Below, piece by piece: positions 26,014 to 36,013 of a DNA stretch of 64,000 nt. The notes below the pieces were generated by a model that was given only the letters and a program-made list of their open reading frames with translations, searched no databases and was not told where the DNA came from. The stretch covers positions 14,222-78,221 of the forward strand of contig JAFUOH010000003.1 of NCBI GenBank assembly GCA_017482055.1, in the 5' to 3' direction. The DNA comes from Clostridia bacterium. GTDB lineage: Bacteria; Bacillota; Clostridia; Oscillospirales; CAG-272. The position numbers and the translations under genes were made by a program. Each line of letters opens with the position of its first letter. The stretch's first letter is position 1.

Positions 26014-26907
26014 ATGATACGCAGTATGACTGCGTTCGGAAGAGCTGTCAAAAGCGGTACTCCGGACGGTAAAAATATTACGGTTGAATTGAAGAGCGTG
26101 AATAACCGCTACCTTGACTGCACGGTCAAGATCTCCCGCATCTACGGCTTTTTGGAGGACCGCATTCGCCAGTATGTGCAGGCAAACGGCATAGCTCGCG
26201 GTAAGCTTGATGTATATGTGGGTGTGGAAGTGGTCGAGAATGTAGGTATGACCGTGGATATCGACCGTGCGCTTGCCAAAAGCTACATTGATGCATTGAA
26301 GACACTGCGTGATGAGTTTTCTCTCACCGACGATATTTCGGTTATGACGGTGGCGCAGAACCGTGATATTTTCAATATCACAAAGCCCGAGGAGGATGCC
26401 GAGCGTGATTGGCTTACAATAAAGCCCGTGCTTGATGAAGCTATCGCCGCGTTCCTGCGTGTCCGCGAGGCGGAGGGTGAACGGCTCAAGGCGGATATTC
26501 TTGAAAAGCTTGTCAAGATCGAGGGAATAGTTGCAAACATCAAGGCGCGTTCCGAGGAAGAGATCTCTAACTACAGAGTGAAATTTGAGACAAGACTCAA
26601 AGCACTGCTTGCGGATAATGCGGTTGAGCTTAACCCGAACATGGTGCTCACCGAGTGCGCCATATATGCCGACCGCGTGGCGATCGATGAGGAGATAGTG
26701 CGCTTAGGCTGTCACTTCGACGCAATGCGCGAGATATTCACCTCAAACGAACCGGTCGGTCGTAAGCTCGACTTCCTTATGCAGGAGATGAACCGCGAGA
26801 CCAATACCATCGGCTCTAAGGTGAGCAATGCCGAGATCGCTGCGATGGTGGTGGAAATCAAGAGCGAGCTTGAAAAGATTCGCGAACAGCTTCAGAATAT
26901 CGAATAA
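26014..26907 (+). CDS. YicC-family stress-induced protein (B. subtilis YloC-like)
   Basis: The ATG at 26014 ([11 protein letters not shown]) follows GGAAAGGAA. The C-terminal motif [19 protein letters not shown] is typical of YicC. Confidence 0.85.
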   Translation: MIRSMTAFGRAVKSGTPDGKNITVELKSVNNRYLDCTVKISRIYGFLEDRIRQYVQANGIARGKLDVYVGVEVVENVGMTVDIDRALAKSYIDALKTLRDEFSLTDDISVMTVAQNRDIFNITKPEEDAERDWLTIKPVLDEAIAAFLRVREAEGERLKADILEKLVKIEGIVANIKARSEEEISNYRVKFETRLKALLADNAVELNPNMVLTECAIYADRVAIDEEIVRLGCHFDAMREIFTSNEPVGRKLDFLMQEMNRETNTIGSKVSNAEIAAMVVEIKSELEKIREQLQNIE

Positions 26908-26921
26908 GCCGAGGTGCAGAG

Positions 26922-27197
26922 ATGAAATTTATTAACATAGGCTTCGGAAACATGGTAGCCGCTGAGCGTGTCGTGGCTGTGGTCAGTCCCGACAGCGCGC
27001 CGATCAAGCGCCTTATACAGGATGCAAAGGACAGCGGTCGTGCCATCGATGTTACTTGCGGTAAGCGTACACGCGCCGCGATCATAACCGACAGCGAACA
27101 TGTGATCCTGTCGGCATTCCAGTCCGAGACGATTTCCAATCGTCTCTCCGACCGTGACGAATGTGAAGATGAGGAGGAAACGGAAGAGCCCGATTGA
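26922..27197 (+). CDS. remA: Extracellular matrix/biofilm regulator RemA (DUF370)
   Basis: 91-aa ORF reading [52 protein letters not shown], which closely matches the RemA/YlzA pattern. Confidence 0.85.
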   Translation: MKFINIGFGNMVAAERVVAVVSPDSAPIKRLIQDAKDSGRAIDVTCGKRTRAAIITDSEHVILSAFQSETISNRLSDRDECEDEEETEEPD

Positions 27198-27219
27198 TGC
27201 GGACTTCCTGAAATTAACT

Positions 27220-27834
27220 ATGAAAAAAGGAATACTTATCGTGATCTCCGGTCCCTCGGGCAGCGGAAAGGGTACCGTCATAAAGCGCTTGATGGAGACC
27301 TCCGACAGCTTCGTGTATTCGGTTTCCGCCACCACCCGCGCGCCGCGCGTGGGAGAGAAGCACGGTGTCAACTATTATTTTATCGACAAGGCAGATTTTG
27401 AGAGCCGCATTGCTTCGGACATGATGCTTGAGCACGCGGAATACTGCGGTAATTATTACGGCACTCCCAAAAAAGAAGTAAACGATAATCTTGCCGCGGG
27501 TCGGAACGTTATTCTTGAAATCGAGGTCGCAGGTGCGATGCAGATAAAGGAAAAGTGCCCCGACGCGGTAATGCTCATGATAACCCCGCCGGACTTCGCA
27601 ACTCTTGAAGCAAGGCTTCGCGGCAGAGGCGATAATGTTTCGGAGGAGGTCATCAGAAAACGGCTCGAAACCGCAAAGTTTGAGCTTTCTCATCTGTCAA
27701 AATACGATTACATCGTAGTAAACGGTGACAACATGGTGGATGAAGCGGTTCGCGACATAATCGGAGTCGTGGAAGCCGAAAAGCACCGCGTGACCCGCGC
27801 CGAGGATTTTACAAAGAAATTTTTTGCCGAATAA
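27220..27834 (+). CDS. gmk: Guanylate kinase
   Basis: Starts at ATG 27220 (MKKGILIVISGPSGSGKGTV P-loop). The TTRAPRVGEKHGVNYYF motif is present. The track start at 27154 overlaps remA. Confidence 0.9.
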   Translation: MKKGILIVISGPSGSGKGTVIKRLMETSDSFVYSVSATTRAPRVGEKHGVNYYFIDKADFESRIASDMMLEHAEYCGNYYGTPKKEVNDNLAAGRNVILEIEVAGAMQIKEKCPDAVMLMITPPDFATLEARLRGRGDNVSEEVIRKRLETAKFELSHLSKYDYIVVNGDNMVDEAVRDIIGVVEAEKHRVTRAEDFTKKFFAE

Positions 27835-27879
27835 AAACGGTATACGGACACTGTCCGACATAAAGAAAGAGGTATTACA

Positions 27880-28215
27880 ATGATTTATCCTTCCGTAGAA
27901 GAACTCAGCCAAAACGGCAAATACAACCGCTATATGCTCTGCATCGCTACCGCTAAATGTGCAAGAATAGTAACCGACGAATATGTTCATCAGCGCGAGC
28001 AGGCGGAAAAGCTTATTGCCAACAAGGAGACCGACAAGAGTCTCGCGTCTATGATCAAGCGCGATATCCGTGATGAAAAGGCTGTCAAGAACGCTATCAA
28101 CCGTATCTATCAAGGTGAGTATAAGATCAGCGAGGCAAAGCCCGAGGTCGAGATCGCTGCTGTGGAAGTACCCGTTGAAACCGCAGAAGCCTTGGAAGCA
28201 AAGGAAGAAAACTAA
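27880..28215 (+). CDS. rpoZ: DNA-directed RNA polymerase subunit omega
   Basis: 111-aa ORF with N-terminus MIYPSVEELSQNGKYNRYMLCIATAKCARIV, in the conserved position after gmk. Confidence 0.8.
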   Translation: MIYPSVEELSQNGKYNRYMLCIATAKCARIVTDEYVHQREQAEKLIANKETDKSLASMIKRDIRDEKAVKNAINRIYQGEYKISEAKPEVEIAAVEVPVETAEALEAKEEN

Positions 28216-30470
28216 TGTGTGACGGCTCGGCTTCGCCTGCCATTGCGCGTGTGAGGATACTCGAGCTGCCCCTCTCTGCCGACAGATGCTACGATTATGT
28301 GATACCGCCCGAGCTTATCGGGCGGGTACACAAGGGGTCGCTTGTATCAGTCGGCTTCGGTGCCGATAAACACGGCGGAGTGCGCAGATGCGCTCTTGTG
28401 GAGGAGCTTTGCACCGACTCGGAATATGAAAAGCTGAAACCCGTGCTGGCGGTCGCCGATGACCGATTCTCGCTTTCCGAGGAGCTGCTCGGGTTATGCG
28501 CTTTTTTAAGAGACCGCACCTTCTGTTCCACGGGAGAGGCGGTGCAGACGATTCTGCCCGGCGGTGCGCTTGGTTCATTATTTCGTGTGAAGCGTGACCC
28601 GACAGAGCGGTTCTACCGTGTAATATGCGATCTTACCTCCATTCGCCTCGGTGCTGCTGAGAAGCGTGCGACAGAGTTTATTGCAGACGGCGAACGTTCG
28701 GCGACCGAGCTTCGCGACACGGCCAAGGTATCCCCTGCGACACTGAAAAACATGGTCGCCAAGGGCATACTTTCGGTGCGTGAATGCGAGGTATTCCGCA
28801 ACCCATACGCGGGGCGCGGAAGGGTTGCCGACGGGAATGTGCTGAGCCGAGAGCAGCAGTCCGCATGCGATACGCTGTCCGAACTTGCAACCTCCAAAAA
28901 AGCTTGCGCGGCACTGCTTTGGGGCGTCACGGGAAGTGGCAAGACCCGAGTCATAAAGTCGATCATTGACCGTGTTATCGCCGACGGACGTTCGGTCATC
29001 GTGCTGGTGCCCGAAATATCACTGACGGGACAGACAGTTGACCTGTTCTGCGGATTTTTCGGCGAGCGTGTGGCGGTCATACATTCCTCACTGTCGGAAG
29101 GCGAAAAGTCCGATGCATGGAAGCGCATACGCGCTCATGAGGTCGATGTGGTCATAGGTACCCGTTCGGCTATTTTTGCACCGCTCGATAATCTCGGCAT
29201 GATAGTCATCGACGAGGAGCAGGAGCATACCTACAAATCGGATATGAATCCGAAGTATCATACACGCGACGTGGCACGTTACCGTGCGGCGAAAAATAAC
29301 GCATTGATGCTGCTTGCATCGGCAACTCCGTCGCTTGAATCCTTTTACCGTGCGAAGGAAGGCATTTATACATTGGTAACGCTCAGTGAGCGCTACGGTG
29401 CCTCGGTGCTGCCCGAAGTAAAGATCGCCGACCTGCGCGTGGATTCTATCAAGGGGCAGATAACACCGCTCGGAGGTGTGCTTCGTGAGGAGATCGAAAA
29501 AAATCTTGTCCGCGGCGAGCAGACTATTTTGTTTGTCAGCAGGCGCGGATATAATAACTTTGTAAGCTGTTTGAAATGCGGAGAGGTCATCACCTGTCCC
29601 AACTGCTCGGTATCTCTGACCTATCACCGCTTGTTTGACGGTGATCATCTGAAGTGCCACTACTGCGGCTATACGCAGACTGTGCCCGAGGCATGTCCTA
29701 AATGCGGCTCGGAGCATATGAGCCGCAAGGGATTCGGTACACAGCTTGTCGCTGAGGAGCTTCACGGGCTTTATCCCGATGCTCGCATACTGCGGCTCGA
29801 TGCCGATGCCACGGGAGCGAAATTTTCCCATGAGGCGATACTTTCACAGTTCAGAGCACATGAGGCGGATATACTTATCGGCACACAGATGGTGACAAAG
29901 GGACATAATTTCCCCGATGTGACCTTGGTGGGTGTTATTAACGCCGACAGTGCGTTGTATCTTGATGATTTTCGCGCTACCGAACGCACATTTGCGCTGC
30001 TGACTCAAGTTATCGGCAGGGCAGGGCGTGCAGATAAGCCGGGACGTGCGGTCATACAGACATACAATCCGGACCATGAGGTAATCAATCTTGCGGCTAA
30101 GCAGGATTACGCGGGATTTTACGGAAGTGCCATAAAGCTGCGCCGACAGCTGGGATTTCCGCCGTTCTGCGAGTTTTTGCTTCTCGGCATTCACGGCGAT
30201 GACGAAAAATCGGTGCTCGAATTGACCCTTCAGCTGGATACAAAGCTGAGAGAATACACGGCGGGGGAATTTTCGGATATTCCGATGTATATTTTCGGTC
30301 CTTTTGAAGCGCCTATCTATAAGGTGAACAATATTTACAGAATGCGTATCATAATAAAATGTCAGGTCACAAAACGTGTGCGGGAGCTGACTCTGCGGCT
30401 GCTTGCGGATTTTCCGAGGGCGAGCGCCAAGGCGGCGATATCGGTGGATGTCGGTCCCGCTTCGATGTGA
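28215..30470 (+). CDS. priA: Primosomal protein N' (replication restart helicase PriA)
   Basis: 751-aa ORF with Walker A GVTGSGKT and DEEQE. The Cys-rich zinc-binding insertion is CLKCGEVITCPNCSVSLTYH...CHYCGY...CPKCGS. Confidence 0.9.
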   Translation: MCDGSASPAIARVRILELPLSADRCYDYVIPPELIGRVHKGSLVSVGFGADKHGGVRRCALVEELCTDSEYEKLKPVLAVADDRFSLSEELLGLCAFLRDRTFCSTGEAVQTILPGGALGSLFRVKRDPTERFYRVICDLTSIRLGAAEKRATEFIADGERSATELRDTAKVSPATLKNMVAKGILSVRECEVFRNPYAGRGRVADGNVLSREQQSACDTLSELATSKKACAALLWGVTGSGKTRVIKSIIDRVIADGRSVIVLVPEISLTGQTVDLFCGFFGERVAVIHSSLSEGEKSDAWKRIRAHEVDVVIGTRSAIFAPLDNLGMIVIDEEQEHTYKSDMNPKYHTRDVARYRAAKNNALMLLASATPSLESFYRAKEGIYTLVTLSERYGASVLPEVKIADLRVDSIKGQITPLGGVLREEIEKNLVRGEQTILFVSRRGYNNFVSCLKCGEVITCPNCSVSLTYHRLFDGDHLKCHYCGYTQTVPEACPKCGSEHMSRKGFGTQLVAEELHGLYPDARILRLDADATGAKFSHEAILSQFRAHEADILIGTQMVTKGHNFPDVTLVGVINADSALYLDDFRATERTFALLTQVIGRAGRADKPGRAVIQTYNPDHEVINLAAKQDYAGFYGSAIKLRRQLGFPPFCEFLLLGIHGDDEKSVLELTLQLDTKLREYTAGEFSDIPMYIFGPFEAPIYKVNNIYRMRIIIKCQVTKRVRELTLRLLADFPRASAKAAISVDVGPASM

Positions 30471-30489
30471 TGTATTACGGAGGTGCCAA

Positions 30490-30960
30490 ATGGCAAAGCT
30501 AAACATAGTCAAGGACGGAGATCCGATCCTTCGCAAAAAGAGCCGTCCCGTCGAGGTCATCGACGAGCGTATCAAAACATTGGCGGCGGATATGGTTGAA
30601 ACGATGCGCGCTGCCAACGGATGCGGACTTGCCGCCGTACAGGTGGGGAAGCTCAGACGTATGGTAGTCGTTGAGGTTGAAGAAAACAAGCCTTATATCA
30701 TGATCAATCCGGTGATAATTAAAAAAGAGGGCAATCAGCAGGAGGTAGAAGGCTGCCTTTCCGTGCCGAATCAGTGGGGCATCACCGACCGTCCCATGAC
30801 CGTTACAGTCCGCTATACCGGTCTTGACGGAAAGGAGCACACCGTTACCGGCTCGGGACTCGCAGGCAGAGCCTTTTGCCATGAGCTCGATCATTTGGAG
30901 GGCGTACTTTTTACCGACAATGTTATAAGGATGCTTGATCCCGACGAGGTGGAGAACTGA
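30490..30960 (+). CDS. def: Peptide deformylase
   Basis: The ATG at 30490 follows GGAGGTG. Motifs GCGLAAVQVG, EGCLSVP and HELDHL are present. Confidence 0.9.
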   Translation: MAKLNIVKDGDPILRKKSRPVEVIDERIKTLAADMVETMRAANGCGLAAVQVGKLRRMVVVEVEENKPYIMINPVIIKKEGNQQEVEGCLSVPNQWGITDRPMTVTVRYTGLDGKEHTVTGSGLAGRAFCHELDHLEGVLFTDNVIRMLDPDEVEN

Positions 30961-30961
30961 T

Positions 30962-31918
30962 ATGAACTCGAAGATCCTTTTTATGGGTACCCCCGATTTT
31001 GCAAAGGTACAGCTTGAAGCGCTTATCGGAGCGGGCGCGGACGTTATCGGTGTTGTGACTCAGCCCGATAAGCCCAAGGGGCGCAAGATGATATTAACTC
31101 CCCCGCCCGTCAAGGTGTGCGCCGAGGAGCATGGTATACCGGTCTATCAGCCCAAGACACTGCGCGGCGAGGAATTTGCCGCACAGCTTGATCTGATCGC
31201 TCCCGAACTTATAGTAGTTGCCGCTTACGGAAAGATTCTACCCGAGAACGTCATCAACTATCCGAAGCTTGGCTGTATCTGTGTTCACGGCTCCCTACTT
31301 CCGAGATACCGCGGCGCGGCACCTATTCAGCGCGCCATTATCGACGGCGAGCAGGAGACGGGCATTACGATCATGTATATGGATGCGGGGATCGACACGG
31401 GCGACATGATCTCAAAGTCTGTAGTTCCGATCGAGATATTTGACGACTTTGAAACGCTTCATGACAAAATGGCTGAGGCGGGCGCTAAGCTACTTGTTGA
31501 GACGGTCGAAGCAATCGAAAACGGTACAGCATGCCGCGAAAAGCAGGATGATCTGAAGTCAAACTACGCGGCGAAGATCGAAAACGCCGACTGTGTACTT
31601 GATTTTGACGCGGATGCGACCGCCGTATATAACCGTATACGCGGGCTATCGCCGTTCCCGTTGACGGTAGTGTCTCATAATGACCGTGCTCTCAAAATAA
31701 TTCGTGCGGAGCTTGTCGATACTGTTAAGGAGCACAAAAATCCCGGTGAGGTGTTAAAGTGCGATGCGCACGCAAACCGTATCGAGGTTGCATGTCGTAC
31801 AGGTTCTGTTGCTATAACAAATCTTCTTCCCGAAGGGAAGAATCGCATGGCGGCGGCGGACTACATCAACGGTAGACGGATCGCCGAGGGTGACAAGCTT
31901 ACCAAATATTCAAAATAA
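30962..31918 (+). CDS. fmt: Methionyl-tRNA formyltransferase
   Basis: Starts at ATG 30962 (MNSKILFMGTPDFA). Motifs VVTQPDKPKGR and HGSLLPRYRGAAPIQ are present. Confidence 0.9.
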   Translation: MNSKILFMGTPDFAKVQLEALIGAGADVIGVVTQPDKPKGRKMILTPPPVKVCAEEHGIPVYQPKTLRGEEFAAQLDLIAPELIVVAAYGKILPENVINYPKLGCICVHGSLLPRYRGAAPIQRAIIDGEQETGITIMYMDAGIDTGDMISKSVVPIEIFDDFETLHDKMAEAGAKLLVETVEAIENGTACREKQDDLKSNYAAKIENADCVLDFDADATAVYNRIRGLSPFPLTVVSHNDRALKIIRAELVDTVKEHKNPGEVLKCDAHANRIEVACRTGSVAITNLLPEGKNRMAAADYINGRRIAEGDKLTKYSK

Positions 31919-31938
31919 TAAAACAGTGAGGTCGAGAT

Positions 31939-32634
31939 ATGTACTTTTTCGGCTTGGATGCCACATATCTTTTTCTGGTACTGCCCGCAGTGCTTTTGGC
32001 ATTCTGGGCACAGGCAAACGTTAAATCCACATTTGCGAAATATTCAAAGGTCGCGTCAAAGCGCGGAATGACCGGCTTTGATGCCGCAAGACACATACTC
32101 GATGCGAACGGGCTTCGCCATGTGCGTATAGCTCAGGTACAAGGTGATCTTACCGACCATTTCAATCCGAAGGACAACACCGTGTACCTTTCCGATACGG
32201 TTCATTCTGTTGCCAGTACGGCGGCAGTGGGCGTTGCGGCACATGAGGCGGGACACGCGGTACAGTACGCGGTCGGCTACACGCCTATGAAAATTCGCTC
32301 CGCTATCATACCGATTACCAATATCGGCTCGAATTTAGCAATGCCGCTGGTTCTGCTGGGTATCCTGCTTGGTTTTGAAGCGATAGCTTATCTCGGCGTT
32401 GCGGCGTTCGGACTTTCGACACTGTTTCAGCTTGTGACGCTTCCCGTGGAGTTTAACGCAAGCTCCCGCGCCATGGCGGCGCTTGAAGGAGCCGGGCTCG
32501 ACAGTGAAGAATTAAAAGCCTCACGCAAGGTGCTGACTGCGGCGGCGCTGACCTATGTGGCGGCACTGGCGGTTTCCCTTGCCAACCTCATAAGAATATT
32601 GCTCATCGCAAAACGCGGGAGCAGACGGAGATAA
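31939..32634 (+). CDS. Membrane zinc metallopeptidase (YugP-like, Zn_peptidase_2 type)
   Basis: 231-aa ORF with an N-terminal TM helix, an HEAGHAVQ zinc motif and C-terminal TM helices. Confidence 0.75.
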   Translation: MYFFGLDATYLFLVLPAVLLAFWAQANVKSTFAKYSKVASKRGMTGFDAARHILDANGLRHVRIAQVQGDLTDHFNPKDNTVYLSDTVHSVASTAAVGVAAHEAGHAVQYAVGYTPMKIRSAIIPITNIGSNLAMPLVLLGILLGFEAIAYLGVAAFGLSTLFQLVTLPVEFNASSRAMAALEGAGLDSEELKASRKVLTAAALTYVAALAVSLANLIRILLIAKRGSRRR

Positions 32635-33966
32635 ATGGACAAAAACAGATTTACCGCACGTTCGGCTGCATACCGTTCGCTGATGCTCTGTGAGCGGGAT
32701 AAAAAATATTCAAATCTCGAGATAGATTCGGCAATACGTCGCTTTCGTCTCGAGGGGGCGGAGAAGGGGCTTTACACCGCGCTGGTTTACGGCGTGATCG
32801 AGCGCCGTATCACCCTTGATCATATTATCGGGAAGCTGTCCTCAAAGCCTGTCGAGTCACTTGATGCCGAGGTCATGACACTGCTCAGACTGGGACTTTA
32901 TCAGATGATATACCTCGATCGCATACCCGACAGTGCCGCTGTAAATGAAACGGTTAATCTGTCAAAGCAGAATGTTCCACGTGCGGCATCCTTCATAAAT
33001 GCCGTACTGAGGGGATTTTTGCGCACAGCCGACAAGGACAAGCTGTTCTGTCCCGATATGGGCGATCGCAGACACTATCTGTCGGTTCGCTATTCCTGCG
33101 GTATGGATGTACTCGACGTGCTCATGGGATCCTTTGTCGATGCGGAGCCCATACTTGCAGCGTTTTCGGAGCATTCCGATGTGACACTGCGGGTAAACAC
33201 GCTGAAAACGGATCGAGATGAGCTTTTGGCACAGCTTGCCGGAAAAGGCATCGCCGCAGAGGCGACGCAATACTCGCCTTATGGCGTAAAACTGACAAAA
33301 AAGACGATATCTTCCGAGATATCGGAACTTCTTTCGCGCGGATACGTCTATATACAGGACGAGGCTTCACAAATTGCCTCTATTGCCGCTGATCCAAAGC
33401 CCGAAACGGTGCTTATCGACACCTGCGCATGCCCCGGAGGCAAAAGCTTTTCGGCGGCGATACTTATGGAAAACCGCGGCGAGGTCAAAAGCTTTGACTT
33501 GCACAAAAACAAGCTGTCGCTGATCGAATCCGGAGCAAAGCGACTTGGCATCGACATTATAACCACCACCGAGAAAAACGGTTCGGTAACGGACGCGTCA
33601 CTTCTCGACTGCGCCGATACGGTAATCTGCGATGTGCCATGCTCGGGGCTGGGCGTAATTGCAAAAAAGCCCGAGATACGTTATAAATCCCGTGCGGAGA
33701 TAGATCGACTTCCCGAGATACAGTATTCGATACTTGAAACGGCGGCGAAATATGTTAAGCGCGGCGGGGTGCTCTGCTATTCCACATGTACACTTAACAA
33801 AGCAGAAAACGAATCGGTGGTACAAAGGTTTTTGGAATATACCGACGAGTATGTGCCCGAGGACTTTTCCGTTGGGGGGATAAGCTCGGAGGGCGGAATG
33901 CTTACATTGCTGCCGCAAATTCACGGGACCGACGGATTTTTTATCGCCAAACTAAGACGAAAATAA
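32635..33966 (+). CDS. rsmB: 16S rRNA (cytosine967-C5)-methyltransferase
   Basis: 443-aa ORF with a NusB-like N-terminal domain. SAM-methyltransferase motifs DTCACPGGKS, DVPCSGLG and YSTCT are present. Confidence 0.85.
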   Translation: MDKNRFTARSAAYRSLMLCERDKKYSNLEIDSAIRRFRLEGAEKGLYTALVYGVIERRITLDHIIGKLSSKPVESLDAEVMTLLRLGLYQMIYLDRIPDSAAVNETVNLSKQNVPRAASFINAVLRGFLRTADKDKLFCPDMGDRRHYLSVRYSCGMDVLDVLMGSFVDAEPILAAFSEHSDVTLRVNTLKTDRDELLAQLAGKGIAAEATQYSPYGVKLTKKTISSEISELLSRGYVYIQDEASQIASIAADPKPETVLIDTCACPGGKSFSAAILMENRGEVKSFDLHKNKLSLIESGAKRLGIDIITTTEKNGSVTDASLLDCADTVICDVPCSGLGVIAKKPEIRYKSRAEIDRLPEIQYSILETAAKYVKRGGVLCYSTCTLNKAENESVVQRFLEYTDEYVPEDFSVGGISSEGGMLTLLPQIHGTDGFFIAKLRRK

Positions 33967-33975
33967 GGATTTATT

Positions 33976-35064
33976 ATGCTGACACTTAACGGCAAAGCCG
34001 ACCTTCTTTCAATGAATATTCCCGAGCTTGAGGAGTTTCTCATTACGCTTGGTGAGCCGAAATACCGTGCAAAGCAAATATTTGCCTGGATGCATCGCGG
34101 CGTAGGTATCGACGGTATGACCGATATCTCGAAAAAGCTGCGTGAAAAATTGCATGAGACGGCGGTAGTGGATCTTCCGACTATTGAAGAGAAGCTCGTA
34201 TCAAAGCTCGACGGTACCGTTAAGTACTTGTTCGGGCTTCACGACGGCAATGTGATCGAGAGCGTGTTTATGCGCTACAAGCACGGGAACACTATCTGCA
34301 TTTCCAGCGAGGTCGGGTGCCCTATGGGGTGTAAGTTCTGCGCCTCCACCATCGGCGGACTTGTGAGAAAATTGCGTCCTGCGGAGCTGCTCGGTCAGGT
34401 CATTGCCGCCGAGCACGATATAGGCGAGCGTATATCCAACATCGTCATGATGGGTATCGGTGAGCCGCTGGATAATTACGATAATACATTAAAATTTCTG
34501 TCGTTGGTCGGAGACCCTGCAGGGCTTAATATCGGAAGCCGTCATATCTCGCTTTCAACCTGCGGACTTGTGGATAAGATCGACGAGCTGGCAAAATGTG
34601 ATCTCCAGATCACACTGTCCATATCACTCCATGCGGCAGACGACGAGACTCGCTCATCCATAATGCCGATCAACAATAAGTGGAAGATATCGGAGCTGCT
34701 TGATGCCTGCCGCCGCTACTTCGCGGTGACAGGTCGGCGTATTTCCTTCGAATATACGCTTATAGCAGGCAAAAACGATTCACCGGAATATGCGCGCCGC
34801 CTTGCACATACCTTAAAGCAAGGTCTGTACCGCGGCTCAAAGCCCTTTCCGATACATGTCAACCTGATTCCTGTCAACGAGGTGGAGGAGAGCGGCTTCT
34901 CGCGTTCAAGCAATGATGCGGTAAAGCGTTTTTCGGACACGCTGAACTCGCTCGGTGTAAACGCTACTGTCAGACGCAAGCTCGGCGGGGACATAAACGC
35001 TTCCTGCGGTCAGCTTCGCCGCGCGAAGCTTAAAGCGGCACAGGAAAAAATCGCCGAAAACTGA
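33976..35064 (+). CDS. rlmN: 23S rRNA (adenine2503-C2)-methyltransferase, radical SAM
   Basis: 362-aa ORF with KYRAKQIFAWMH, the radical-SAM cluster motif CPMGCKFC, and GEPL. Confidence 0.9.
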   Translation: MLTLNGKADLLSMNIPELEEFLITLGEPKYRAKQIFAWMHRGVGIDGMTDISKKLREKLHETAVVDLPTIEEKLVSKLDGTVKYLFGLHDGNVIESVFMRYKHGNTICISSEVGCPMGCKFCASTIGGLVRKLRPAELLGQVIAAEHDIGERISNIVMMGIGEPLDNYDNTLKFLSLVGDPAGLNIGSRHISLSTCGLVDKIDELAKCDLQITLSISLHAADDETRSSIMPINNKWKISELLDACRRYFAVTGRRISFEYTLIAGKNDSPEYARRLAHTLKQGLYRGSKPFPIHVNLIPVNEVEESGFSRSSNDAVKRFSDTLNSLGVNATVRRKLGGDINASCGQLRRAKLKAAQEKIAEN

Positions 35065-35206
35065 GCTTTGTTCAAATTTTTTTGAAATTTAATTCTTTTT
35101 CGTGCCATATATATGTAATATAATAAAAGTAACTTGAAGTAATCGAGCCTTTTAGATAATGAGAGCCGGGAGCAGCGCTCCCAAAAACGAGAGGAAGATT
35201 GTGCAG

Positions 35207-36013
35207 ATGAACTTTTTCGGAAAAAGCGATATGGGCAAGATGCGCACGGCGAACCAGGACAGCTATATGATCCGTCCGGTGTGCAAAAATGCCACGCTCT
35301 GTGTCGTCTGTGACGGTATGGGCGGCGCCAAAAGCGGCAATGTTGCCAGCGAGTGCGCCATTGATACCTTTACAGAGCGTATTTTAAAATATACATCATC
35401 GAAGATAAACCGCGAGGGTATACTTGCGCTTACCAGCGATGAGGCATGCGTTGTGCTTGACGATGCCGCTCATGATGCAAATCAGGCGGTATTCAAAATG
35501 GCGCAGAGCTCTCCCGATTACCAGGGAATGGGTACAACGCTTGTCGCGGCGCTTTTCTGCGATGACATGGTCTATGTCGTCAATGTGGGAGACAGCCGTC
35601 TTTACCTTATTTCCGATAATACCATAACACAGATAACTCATGACCATTCGTATGTTCAGCATCTCATCGACAGCGGCTCTCTGTCGGTGGAGGATGCCAG
35701 AAACCATCCGTACCGCAACCGCATCACAAGAGCGGTCGGCATCAATCATGAGCTTGAGGTGGACATCTTCTCGGTGGATCTTGCAAGCCTTGAGGTCTGC
35801 TACTTACTTCTCTGCTCGGACGGACTGTCGGGTCAGCTCCTTCCCGAGGATATATATTCGATCATTTCATCCGATCTTGACATTGACGTTGTTACCGATA
35901 TTGAGTCGGAGCTCAGCGACAAGACCGACAGTTTGATAAATGCCGCAAATGAAGCAGGTGGACCCGACAATATTACTGCGGTGCTTGTCAAGTATGTAAA
36001 GGAGCTTGAATGA
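35207..36013 (+). CDS. PP2C-family Ser/Thr protein phosphatase (Stp/PrpC)
   Basis: Starts at ATG 35207 (MNFFGKSDMGKMRTANQDS). Motifs CDGMGG, GMGTT and the terminal GGPDNITAV are present. Its end overlaps the kinase start (ATGA). Confidence 0.85.
   Translation: MNFFGKSDMGKMRTANQDSYMIRPVCKNATLCVVCDGMGGAKSGNVASECAIDTFTERILKYTSSKINREGILALTSDEACVVLDDAAHDANQAVFKMAQSSPDYQGMGTTLVAALFCDDMVYVVNVGDSRLYLISDNTITQITHDHSYVQHLIDSGSLSVEDARNHPYRNRITRAVGINHELEVDIFSVDLASLEVCYLLLCSDGLSGQLLPEDIYSIISSDLDIDVVTDIESELSDKTDSLINAANEAGGPDNITAVLVKYVKELE

Noticed and set aside
29844-30689. 281-aa minus-strand ORF (also 29088-29831 and 28613-29128)
   Set aside because: They are antisense to priA and def.
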